Below, piece after piece: positions 20,684-29,446 of a stretch of DNA of 64,000 nucleotides (within the stretch, counting starts at the first letter, position 1; every line of letters begins with the position of its first letter). Below the pieces are notes generated by a model, which worked only from the letters and a program-made list of their open reading frames with translations, ran no database searches and was not told the DNA's origin. A program made the translations under genes and the position numbers. Source of the stretch: an uncultured Bacteroidota bacterium (lineage in GTDB: Bacteria; Bacteroidota; Bacteroidia; 2-12-FULL-35-15); contig CAVSHK010000017.1 of NCBI GenBank assembly GCA_963727705.1, positions 9,012 to 73,011 on the forward strand, in the 5' to 3' direction.

Positions 20684-22007
20684 TTTATGGTATTATTAAT
20701 ATCAATTTTAGATTTTGTAAAGAGTAAATTTGCTAATGAACTGCTGTAATTAAGGCGGCTTACAAGCATATCGTTAAAGGCGGCTAATAATTTATCGAAT
20801 GACAAAATGGCTTCATTGTATTGATTAACAGCCATTTGGTAATTTTCTTCTTTTAACCGTGATATTTGTTTGGTGGTTACAAATTGTGAATACGCCTTTT
20901 GATAATCCAAATGCAATTGGTTATTTGCTATATCATTTTGAAGTTTATTATGATTAAAATCAATTACCGAAGCGTGATAATTAATTTTAGCATTGCTGGA
21001 TGAAACAATATGGGTTACATCAGGTAAAAAAAAAGTAATCTTACCTCCAATATAAGCAGAGTTGAGCCACTTATTATTAGAATTACTGTCAAAAAACTGA
21101 GCATTGCTGTTTTGATAGTAGGAGTTGTAATATAACAGTGAAACAATGGAAGATTGGACAATCTGTTTGAATCTAAATTAGCTTTTGCATACTCCATTTG
21201 AAGGAGGTTTGATTTTAACTGTAATTGAGAACTCGCTTCCATGTCGGTCTCAAATTGCTGATTGTAATTCAGTTCTTCTTCAACAATTAATGGTGTACTC
21301 AACGTAATATCACATAAAATCTTTAAGCTATTGTATTGTTGTTCCAGCGAAATTTGAAGTTGGTTTAATTTATCTTGTAAAGTCAGTTTATTGATGGTGG
21401 CATCATTGACATCCTGCTGCCTCACAATACCTTGCCCAAATTTATCCGTTAAAATCAACAAAAGGGTATCTGTTGCCAATAGATTTTTTTTTGTGATTTT
21501 AACTTGTTCCTGAAATGAATTTATGTTGTAATAACATGCGGCAATTGATTCGTAAAGCGTTTTTTTGTTAATTAAATTATTTACGGATGTAATTTCCTCA
21601 TTAATATTTGCCATTTTAATTTGCGACCAATTACCGGGGTTTATCAAATCAATTTGAGGTGCAATATTAAAATTACTTACATAGGTTTGTCCTAAAGTTA
21701 CCGGTGAAAAGGTGCCGGCTTTGGTGCCTGGCAAAATGCCTCCCGGAAAAAAACTTACAGGTAAAGTAGTATTATCGGTAGGTGTAAATGTTAAAGGACT
21801 GCGCAGATTAACTGCATTGGCCAATGCTGCAATTCTCTGGTATTTTGCCAATAAGGTTTGCTGGTAATTGTTTTTTATTACCGAACTACTTCTCTCAGCA
21901 TAAGCATAAACCGAATCAAGTTTATTGAACTTTAGTTCTTTTTGAGCCTTTACAGTTAATGTGAAAAAGCCGAATAAACAAATAACAAATAGGACTAAGG
22001 TTTTCAT
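20680..22007 (-). pseudogene. TolC-like outer-membrane efflux protein, frameshifted as sequenced
   Basis: ORF 21015..22007 has a signal peptide and the first TolC repeat. A second frame is open from 21180 down to the stop at 20680, reading ..SLLYYNSYYQNSNAQFFDS...HLDYQKAYSQF... The listed 78-aa ORF is only the tail of this frame. The span is 1328 nt (3n+2). An ATGA overlap links it to the adaptor start. Confidence 0.75.
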
Positions 22008-22208
22008 TTTACTTTAATTCGTTTAAAGTCTCATGTTTGAAAAGAAAGAATAACACTGATATATTGAAAATCATCAATATGCACTATTCTCAGGACTCGG
22101 CCACAAATGTAATATGGGGCAAGGAATTAACAATGGGTTTATTATAAAAATTATGAGAAGTGGATCTGAGGTCAAAAGCAAATGACTCAAAACCTTTCAA
22201 TAGCTTTA

Positions 22209-23806
22209 CTATTGACACTTTTTGGCCTCGGCACTTTCTAAGAATTTTTTTGCATTAACGTTGGTAGCATCCAAAGCAGCAATTTTTGTAAAAAATGTTT
22301 TAGCAGTACAAATTTCCTTGTTGTTCATGTAATAAACGCCCAGGTAGGTGTATGCATCAATCATGTCCTTTTTGTTTTTTTCAATCTCTTCCGCTTTTAC
22401 ATTAGCAATATATGACTCGTAATAAGGTTTTGCTAACCATTTTTCATTGTTAGGATCTTGTTGCACATTTGTTTTCGCTCTCCATAAATAACCTAATGGC
22501 AGTTGAGGATATAATTGAGTTATTTTTAAGAACGCAGAATCGGCATTTGCAAAATCTTTTGAGAAATAGTAGGCGCGACCTAAACCAAAATAATCATTTG
22601 CATTATTTTTGCCCTTTTCAATATTACTTTTGTAGGCTGTTATTGCTTCATTGTATTTCTTAGATTTCAAATACAGATTGGCAATGTCTCTGTTGATCTC
22701 CATCTTCTCAGGCATCAGTTCTAATGCTTTTCTGTAATCCAATATTGCCAACGAATCGTTATTGGTTTTAGCATACAATTTGGCTCGATACTCATAATCA
22801 TCTGTAATAATTTTCATTTCAGGATTTTTTTCAGATAATTTAAAAAATTTATTCATGCTTATTAAGCCATTTGCATAATCACCCGACTCAAACTCTGAGC
22901 GTCCTTTGTATCTGTATGTATAGGCATTTAATGAATCGCATTTCAAGGCTTCTTTGGCTTCAGCAATTGACTCTTTGTATTGCGCGGCTTGATTTAAAAA
23001 ACCTGCATATCTACCTCTTGCACTGCAATTGTTATTAAGTAAGAGGTAGCGTTTAAATTGTTGTACCGCATTATTGTACTGACCTGCACGAAAATAAATT
23101 TCCGCTTTTTCGCGGTAGGCGGGAGCAAAAGAAGAGTCTATCAAACTTGCTTTTTTGTAATAATCTAATGCAAGTGGATAATTTTTAGCACGGCTGTATA
23201 GCTTCCCCTGACGCAATATGGCAATAACAGAGTTTTTATCCAGAGCACTTCTGCTTGTTCGTAATTTTTGATTGCTTTACTCCCTCCATCTGTTTCTTCC
23301 AAATTGGCGTCTCCTTTAAGAATAAACACTTCAGGGTTTTGTGGTGCAATTTTTTCAGCCTGACTCAATAGTTTGTATGCTTCCTCTAAATCTTTTCTTT
23401 CTGAATCAATATATACTTCCGCAATCTTTAGCAGAGGTACTACATTTTTTTTATCGCTCAGTGTTAGGGCTTTATAAAAGTTAGTTTTAGCTTCCGTTTC
23501 TTTACCTTCGTTCCAAAGTATTTTACCAATGCCAATATAGGGAAGCGGATTAGTAGCGTTCATCTCAACACCTTTTTTATACATGACATTAGCCATTGTA
23601 AAATTATTGTTATTGTAAAAATTTTCGCCATAATAAAAATAAAGTTCGCCATTGTCTGGTGTTGTTGCTATTAATTTTTTGAAAGTAGCATCAGCATTTT
23701 CAAATTGTTCGTTAGTGGTTTGTTTTATTGCATCTGCAAGTGTTTGAGAAAATAAATTGGACCATGCTATAACAATCAGCAAAAACGATAGGCGTAAGTT
23801 TTTCAT
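22209..23806 (-). pseudogene. Tetratricopeptide-repeat protein (secreted), frameshifted as sequenced
   Basis: Fragments 23165..23806 (signal peptide plus TPRs) and 22209..23216 (TPRs) overlap in different frames. The second frame reads ..SALDKNSVIAILRQGKLYSRAK upstream of its listed Met. The span is 1598 nt (3n+2). Confidence 0.7.
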
Positions 23807-23882
23807 AATGTATTTTGTTTATAAGCTCACTTGCATCCTTCTCAACAAGAGAAAAACAGGAGCAAAAAGTTTTTTTATTTTT

Positions 23883-24782
23883 TTAATTCGTATTAATTTG
23901 TATTATTCGTTGAGGTGGAAAAGCTGGTACTAATCCTGATTTAAGAACTATTAACTGCCCTTTTTCACCGGCCACAAATATAACAAACCCTTTAGCAAGT
24001 CCGTTACGAGTTTGTCGGTTTATCATAAAAATGTTTCTGCAAAATGGATATTCTTTTGTTTTTATGTATGCCTGATATGGTTGTATGGCTTTAGATTCAG
24101 CATCTTTAGCAATGGCTACAACTTTCAGTTTTTTTAAAGTAGCAGATGTTGATGCATCATCAACATCGCTAATTTGATTAAAACTTAAAATACCAACAGT
24201 GTTTTTATTGGCAGTAACATAGTTTATAACATCTTCATCACTGTTTAACGCAAATACATTACCTGAAAAAAGATTTCCTTTTAATACTGAATCTTTCATG
24301 TATCTGGTGTTTGCAGAACCTTTGTTATCAAAAACCACTTTTAGTTTTTCTTTGTATGTTCCAAGTAAAATTTGTTTTACTTCGTCAATGGTTAATTTAG
24401 CAATATTGCTTGACTGGTTAACTATAATCACAATAGCATCCTCTGCAATTTTAGTAGTAACCGGAAATATGTTTTTTGAATTTAAAACTTCTGTTTCATT
24501 TTTTGTTAAATCCCTTCCCATCACTATCACTTTGCAGGAATCGGTCAATAAACGCTGAAACAAATGGCTTTCGGGTAAGTAAGTAGCATTTATTTTTGCG
24601 GTGGGGTATATTGCTCCAAAAGTTGATACTTGTGTTTTAAATAATTTATTAAAGGAAGCATCAACGCTTATTTTTACTTTTCCTGAAGTGGCAGTGTCCG
24701 TATCTTTGGACTTACTGTCATGGCAGCCAATATGAACTAAAGCTAAAACGGAAAACAAAAAAAATCTATTCTGCAGCTGCAT
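23883..24782 (-). CDS. PstS-like periplasmic substrate-binding lipoprotein (PBP2 fold)
   Basis: 299 aa with a lipoprotein signal (LALVHIGCHD). SGKVKISVDASF...YLPES...VIVMGRDLT matches the phosphate-binding-protein-like family. Confidence 0.6.
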   Translation of the reverse strand: MQLQNRFFLFSVLALVHIGCHDSKSKDTDTATSGKVKISVDASFNKLFKTQVSTFGAIYPTAKINATYLPESHLFQRLLTDSCKVIVMGRDLTKNETEVLNSKNIFPVTTKIAEDAIVIIVNQSSNIAKLTIDEVKQILLGTYKEKLKVVFDNKGSANTRYMKDSVLKGNLFSGNVFALNSDEDVINYVTANKNTVGILSFNQISDVDDASTSATLKKLKVVAIAKDAESKAIQPYQAYIKTKEYPFCRNIFMINRQTRNGLAKGFVIFVAGEKGQLIVLKSGLVPAFPPQRIIQINTN

Positions 24783-24981
24783 TTTTTTGTTTGATTTTTT
24801 TTATGCTTGTATAAAATCGAAACAAAGCGTAAGCTATTAATAAACCACCTACCTGTATTCTATATTCCGGAAAATTATCGATGGCAATGTTGGTAAATAA
24901 AAACAAAATCCCAACGCTTATGTATAAAAGCCCCATGATAAGGTCGAAGTAATAGCGAATAGAGATGCTATTAACACGCAT
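24766..24981 (-). CDS. Small two-TM membrane protein, unknown function
   Basis: 71 aa with two hydrophobic helices and a basic C-terminus. It sits between tonB and the PstS-like gene and overlaps the latter by 17 nt. There is no homology-based support. Confidence 0.4.
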   Translation of the reverse strand: MRVNSISIRYYFDLIMGLLYISVGILFLFTNIAIDNFPEYRIQVGGLLIAYALFRFYTSIKKIKQKNAAAE

Positions 24982-24987
24982 GATAAT

Positions 24988-25814
24988 TTACTTTAGAGAA
25001 AAATTGATAGGTAAATTATATTGAACCCTTGCTGCACGACCGTTTTGTTTGCCCGGTTTCCAGCTTGGCATTGATTTTATAACACGTAATGCTTCTTTAT
25101 CACAGCCCGGCCCACCTGATACCCCTCTCAATACTCTTACATCAGAAATACTTCCGTCTCTTTCAACCACAAAAGTAACAACACATCTTCCGGTAATGCC
25201 ATTATCGGCTTCAAAAGCAGGGTATTTAATATTATTAGAAAGGTATTTCATTAATCCCTCCTGTCCTCCCGGAAAATCAGGCATCTGTTCAACAACTGTA
25301 AATATCTCTTCCGGTGCAGATTCTACAACTCCAGTACCGTTCGATTCCGGAATAACGATATCATTACTCCCATCACCTTCTTGTGTGGTGGTACTAATTT
25401 GAGGTAATTCTTCCGTTTGAATCGGCGGTGGTTCATCCACCACTTCTTCATCCACCACTTTTGGTGGAGTAAATTTTACCGTTTCCATTACAGGTGGTGG
25501 AGGTGGTGGTGGAGGTGGCGGCTCAGTTTCGTCAATTGGAGGTGGTGGCGTTAAATCAACATTTGTAATCACCAATGGTACTTCAACTTCTTTTTCGGAA
25601 TTACTTAACCAACTTACTATTTTTGGAAAACCAATTATTAACACAAAAGCAAAGGAGGTAATTACCAATGCAATAGCAAGTGTTTTGTTTTGATTTCGAC
25701 TTAAATCATAAGCCCCGTAGTTTTTATTACGGTCTTCAAAAACAAGGTCGTTACGACGGGAGCTACTAAGTTGTCCCAGTTATTAAATAAGTTATTTGTA
25801 CCGCGCTCTGACAT
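24988..25814 (-). pseudogene. tonB: Energy transducer TonB, 5' region out of frame as sequenced
   Basis: The body (24988..25668) has a TM helix, a proline-rich spacer (PPPPPPPPPPV) and a TonB C-terminal domain. The same frame continues upstream as ..SSSRRNDLVFEDRNKNYGAYDL but has no start codon. ATG 25814 (MSERGTNNLFNNWDNLV..) is coupled to the exbD stop through TAATG but lies in another frame. The span is 827 nt (3n+2). Confidence 0.75.
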
Positions 25815-26451
25815 TATTTGGTATTTTGAGGAGCTTGTATTAAATCATATTCTTCTTTCATCAAATCAACTACAGCATATTTTCCCACGTTGCAAATATT
25901 TAATTCGTCAATTACATCTATTACGTTTTTGTAAGTGGCTTTATCATCCGCTTTAATTAATACCGTAAGGGCATCCTTTTTACTCTTTTCGGCAACAGCT
26001 AAACGCTTATAAGTGGTATCGGCTATTTCGTGGTTTTTATATTTTTTATTCAACTCTTGTATCGCTTCTTCAGTCGGTTTGTTTCTTTCCAACAATAATT
26101 TATGCAATCCTTCAAACGAAAAATTAGTAGTATCTAAAACCGTTGGCGGCATTGATTTCTTATTCTTTTCGGGATAAAACTCTCCGTAGTAATAGTATAT
26201 TTTATTGTCATCACTCATTATAAGCGTAAGTGCATTGTTTACTTTCGTTTATCTTTTATATCTTTAGGCTTAGCCGGAAAATTAAGCTCCATTGCCTTAG
26301 GCTTATTAAAAGTAGAAGTAAGTACAAAAAAAGTAAGTAACAGAAAGGCCAAATCCACCATAGGTGTCATGTCAATTCGGGTAGATGATTTTTTTGCTCG
26401 CCTTTTACTGTGCTTGCCACCACCACTATCGCCGGTGTTAACTTCTGCCAT
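25814..26451 (-). pseudogene. exbD: Biopolymer transport protein ExbD/TolR, frameshifted as sequenced
   Basis: The N-terminal fragment 26239..26451 reads [20 protein letters not shown]. The C-terminal fragment 25814..26218 stays open upstream as [14 protein letters not shown]... The frame switch is confined to 26241-26251 (AAACGAAAG on the minus strand). The span is 638 nt (3n+2). Confidence 0.8.
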
Positions 26452-26600
26452 TTTTATTTAGTTAAAAGTTGGAACGACCAACGTTCAATTTTTTTAGTAC
26501 TAGTTATCAATCACTTATTTTTAATCTGTAATCGGTGACTTCGAGTACCTCAGCCACCTTTTACTTTAGTTGATGAGGTTCTCAAAAATTCACGATCTAA

Positions 26601-27262
26601 TTATTCAACCGCTTCTTTCTGCTCTAAATTTGTAATCAAGTTAAACCTGTATATTTCTTTATCTGTAAATATTTGAATGATATCTTTTACTCTAACATAA
26701 GGTGTCTTAGCATCTGCTTTGATGGCAAAACGCAAAGGCTCATAAACAAAATCCTGATCATTACCCATTGCTTTGTCTTTTTCTGCCTTGGCTTGTTTAG
26801 CGGCTTCAATGCGTCCAAATTGTATCCAGTCGGCAAGTTCATTGTGAAGTGAATCATGAGGTATCCCTTTTGATATTATCTTCTCTCTTTTCTCTGCATC
26901 CAAATCTATATACTCTTTCAACTGCGCCATAGGCACTCCAAATGTTGTCATTGTAGCAAACTTGTTTTTTTCTTCTTCCGTAAATTCAATTTTATATTGT
27001 TGCCCCATTCGTTCCAGTGTTTTTTTTCGAACTTCGGCATTGTTGATGTTATAAAAAGGCTTACCTGTATTATCAATAGAAATCAACATCACATTTTCAG
27101 GTAATAGCTTGTCGGAAATAGAAGATGGGGATCAACAATTACAGGTTCTTTCACTCTTGAAGTAGCTGTAAGCATAAAAAATGTAACTAAAAGAAACGCC
27201 AAATCCACCATTGGGGTCATATCTAAGGAAGGTGAACTTTTAGGAGCTTTAATTTTAGACAT
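26601..27262 (-). pseudogene. exbD: Biopolymer transport protein ExbD/TolR (second copy), frameshifted as sequenced
   Basis: ATG 27262 opens [44 protein letters not shown]. The remainder (SPSSISDKLLPENVMLISID...) is in ORF frame 26601..27092. The switch is at a C4 run (plus-strand GGGG at 27127-27130). The span is 662 nt (3n+2). Confidence 0.8.
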
Positions 27263-27299
27263 ATTGGTTAATCTACGTTGTTATAAATTAAAATGTAAA

Positions 27300-28091
27300 T
27301 TATGCTTTCAACGAATGTAAGATGCTATATCCTGCTTCGTCCATACTATGTGTAATAGCATCAACACGACTACTAAAATAATTATACATAATAATACCCA
27401 CAACAGAACCGCTAATACCTAAAGCTGTATTAATTAAAGCTTCGGAAATACCTGTGGCAAGCGCTGCTGTATCAGGTGAGCCGGCTGTTGACATAGCAGC
27501 AAATGAACGAATCATACCTAATACGGTTCCAATTAGTCCCCAAAGTGTAGCGATGGTAGCGCAAGTAGTAATAATTGATAAATTTTTAGATAACATTGGT
27601 AATTCAAGAGCGATGGCTTCATCCAAATCTTTTTGAACAGCAGCTATTTTTGCTTCGTTGTTAAGTGAATCGTCCTGTTTAATGGCTTTTAATTTTTCTA
27701 TTCCGGAATAAACCACATTTGCCAAAAGAACCTTTTGTTTGTCGCACAAATCAATTGCTTCGTTGTATTGCCCAGCTGAAATCAATGTTTTTATGCTACG
27801 CAAAAATATATCTGCTTTACCTTTTCCTTTTGCCTTTGTTAGAGTTACGATACGTTCTATAGAGAAAGTTACGATGATCATAAAAATTGCCATCAAAATA
27901 GGAACTATAAAACCTCCTTTGTACATCATACCTAAATAGTTTCCTTGCAATGGATGGCCTTCTGCATCAAAGTTTGCCGCATCTCCAAGTATAGAACTAT
28001 ATATTAGATAACCAACCAAAAGAGCTACTAGTATAGCTACAAGTGATGTCATAAAATTGAATCCGCCGGAAGTTGTTTTTTGATTACTCAT
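27300..28091 (-). CDS. exbB: MotA/TolQ/ExbB proton-channel family protein
   Basis: 263 aa with three TM helices and a conserved C-terminal channel region (TVLGMIRSF....ISEALINTALGI). Confidence 0.88.
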   Translation of the reverse strand: MSNQKTTSGGFNFMTSLVAILVALLVGYLIYSSILGDAANFDAEGHPLQGNYLGMMYKGGFIVPILMAIFMIIVTFSIERIVTLTKAKGKGKADIFLRSIKTLISAGQYNEAIDLCDKQKVLLANVVYSGIEKLKAIKQDDSLNNEAKIAAVQKDLDEAIALELPMLSKNLSIITTCATIATLWGLIGTVLGMIRSFAAMSTAGSPDTAALATGISEALINTALGISGSVVGIIMYNYFSSRVDAITHSMDEAGYSILHSLKA

Positions 28092-28161
28092 TTTATATTA
28101 ATTTATTGGGTTTTTGATATGTTTAAATTTGTGTATGTTCAAATATTGTTTTTTACGGTTG

Positions 28162-28169
28162 CAAAAGTA
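28162..28169 (-). promoter_or_regulatory. -7 box TACTTTTG upstream of exbB (start of the TonB-system cluster)
   Basis: Exact motif match, 70 nt upstream of ATG 28091, in a 308-nt AT-rich gap. Confidence 0.45.
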
Positions 28170-28399
28170 GTAACTAATTTGTTTTGAAAGATACTATTTA
28201 TGTTCTGTTGGATTAAATTAATGTTAATTTTTATTCAGCTTTTTAACATTAAATCAAATGTACTTTGTTTTTTTACTTTTTGACGGTGCAAATATAAATA
28301 TATTTTTAAATTACATACTAAATCTATAGAATTTATATATTATTTTCTTTACTACGCAAGCTTTAACGTTTATTAGAAAGCTTTATTGTATGGAAAGCA

Positions 28400-29035
28400 T
28401 TAATCAGCGTTTTTCTCTTTTTTTTTATAACCTATCACCAAAAGAGGCAACATGGTTATAACAATAAGTCCTATTATAATATATCCTATGTGGTGTTGAA
28501 CCCATGGCACTCTCCCAAAGCGGAACCCAACAGTACTTAGTAGTCCTATCCATAATATAGCCCCGGTAATATTAAACAACATAAATTTTTTCATGTCAAT
28601 TTTTATAATACCGGCTAATATGGGAGCAAAAGTGCGTATGATAGGTAAAAAGCGTCCTATGATTAATGTTTTACCACCGTTTTTTTCATAGAAGTGTTGA
28701 GTTAATTCAATATGCTTTTTTTTAAATATAAGAGAGTCATTTCGCCGGAGTAGTTTTTCTCCCACCTTATTTCCAAACCAATAACCTGTTACATTGCCTA
28801 GCACAGCCGCGGCTATTAATGACAATTCCAATGTGATAATATTTATATTTAACAACTCCGGTCGCGACGCACATATAATTCCTGAAATAAGAACAAGGGA
28901 ATCACCAGGCAAAAAAAAGCCTATCAATAATCCTGTTTCAGCAAATATTACAAACAACAGTAGGCTTAGTCCTCCATATTTAATAATAGATTCAGGGTCG
29001 GTTAATTGTTTTAAAAACTCTAACAAATAGTGCAT
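28400..29035 (-). CDS. DedA family membrane protein
   Basis: 211 aa. The DedA motif GFFLPGDSLVLISG is present, with multiple TM helices. Confidence 0.85.
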   Translation of the reverse strand: MHYLLEFLKQLTDPESIIKYGGLSLLLFVIFAETGLLIGFFLPGDSLVLISGIICASRPELLNINIITLELSLIAAAVLGNVTGYWFGNKVGEKLLRRNDSLIFKKKHIELTQHFYEKNGGKTLIIGRFLPIIRTFAPILAGIIKIDMKKFMLFNITGAILWIGLLSTVGFRFGRVPWVQHHIGYIIIGLIVITMLPLLVIGYKKKEKNAD

Positions 29036-29060
29036 TCAGGCAATGAGTTTTGATTTAAGA

Positions 29061-29068
29061 CAAATATA
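29061..29068 (-). promoter_or_regulatory. -7 box TATATTTG upstream of the DedA gene
   Basis: Exact motif match, 25 nt upstream of ATG 29035. Confidence 0.45.
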
Positions 29069-29138
29069 AAGCAGAACAATGTTCAAATGTAATGTTTTGT
29101 GTTATTTGTTTTGGCAAGGATTATATTATTTCAATTAA

Positions 29139-29344
29139 CTAAGAGCCTGTTTAAACTTCATCCGAATATTTGTTAAGTATATGATTTTCAATATTCACTT
29201 CTCGATACGGCTGAAAAAGCCTACTCGAAGTGACCGTGCGAAAATACTGATGTCAGTTCGAGTAGCGAGCCTTTTCGGTGAGCATATCGAGAACTATTGA
29301 GTGACCATCTATTTTTTGCAATGAAATTTAAACAGGCTCTAAAG
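29139..29344. repeat. Composite nested inverted-repeat element of about 200 bp (MITE/REP-like) in the dedA-helicase divergent intergenic region
   Basis: The outer inverted repeat is 29142-29161 versus 29321-29340 (19 of 20 matches, core AGAGCCTGTTTAAA). Inside are two inverted copies of a roughly 40-nt TCGA-rich unit (29196-29234 and 29252-29296, about 75-80% identical by eye) around a 17-nt centre. Confidence 0.7.
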
Positions 29345-29417
29345 AAATGCATGTTTTTCAGTTACAAGTGTTTTTTGTTTTGAAAAAGAAAGAACCATGA
29401 AAATTATTCTAAAAAAC

Positions 29418-29425
29418 TACCTTTG
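29418..29425 (+). promoter_or_regulatory. -7 box TACCTTTG upstream of the SF1 helicase gene
   Basis: Exact motif match, 21 nt upstream of ATG 29447. Confidence 0.5.
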
Positions 29426-29446
29426 CTGAATTAAGAAACAAAGGGT

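Noticed and set aside
25493-25550. GGTGG-rich triplet repeat that might be a microsatellite or CRISPR-like array.
   Set aside because: It is simply the coding sequence of the TonB proline-rich spacer (PPPPPPPPPP) read on the opposite strand. There is no repeat-spacer organisation.
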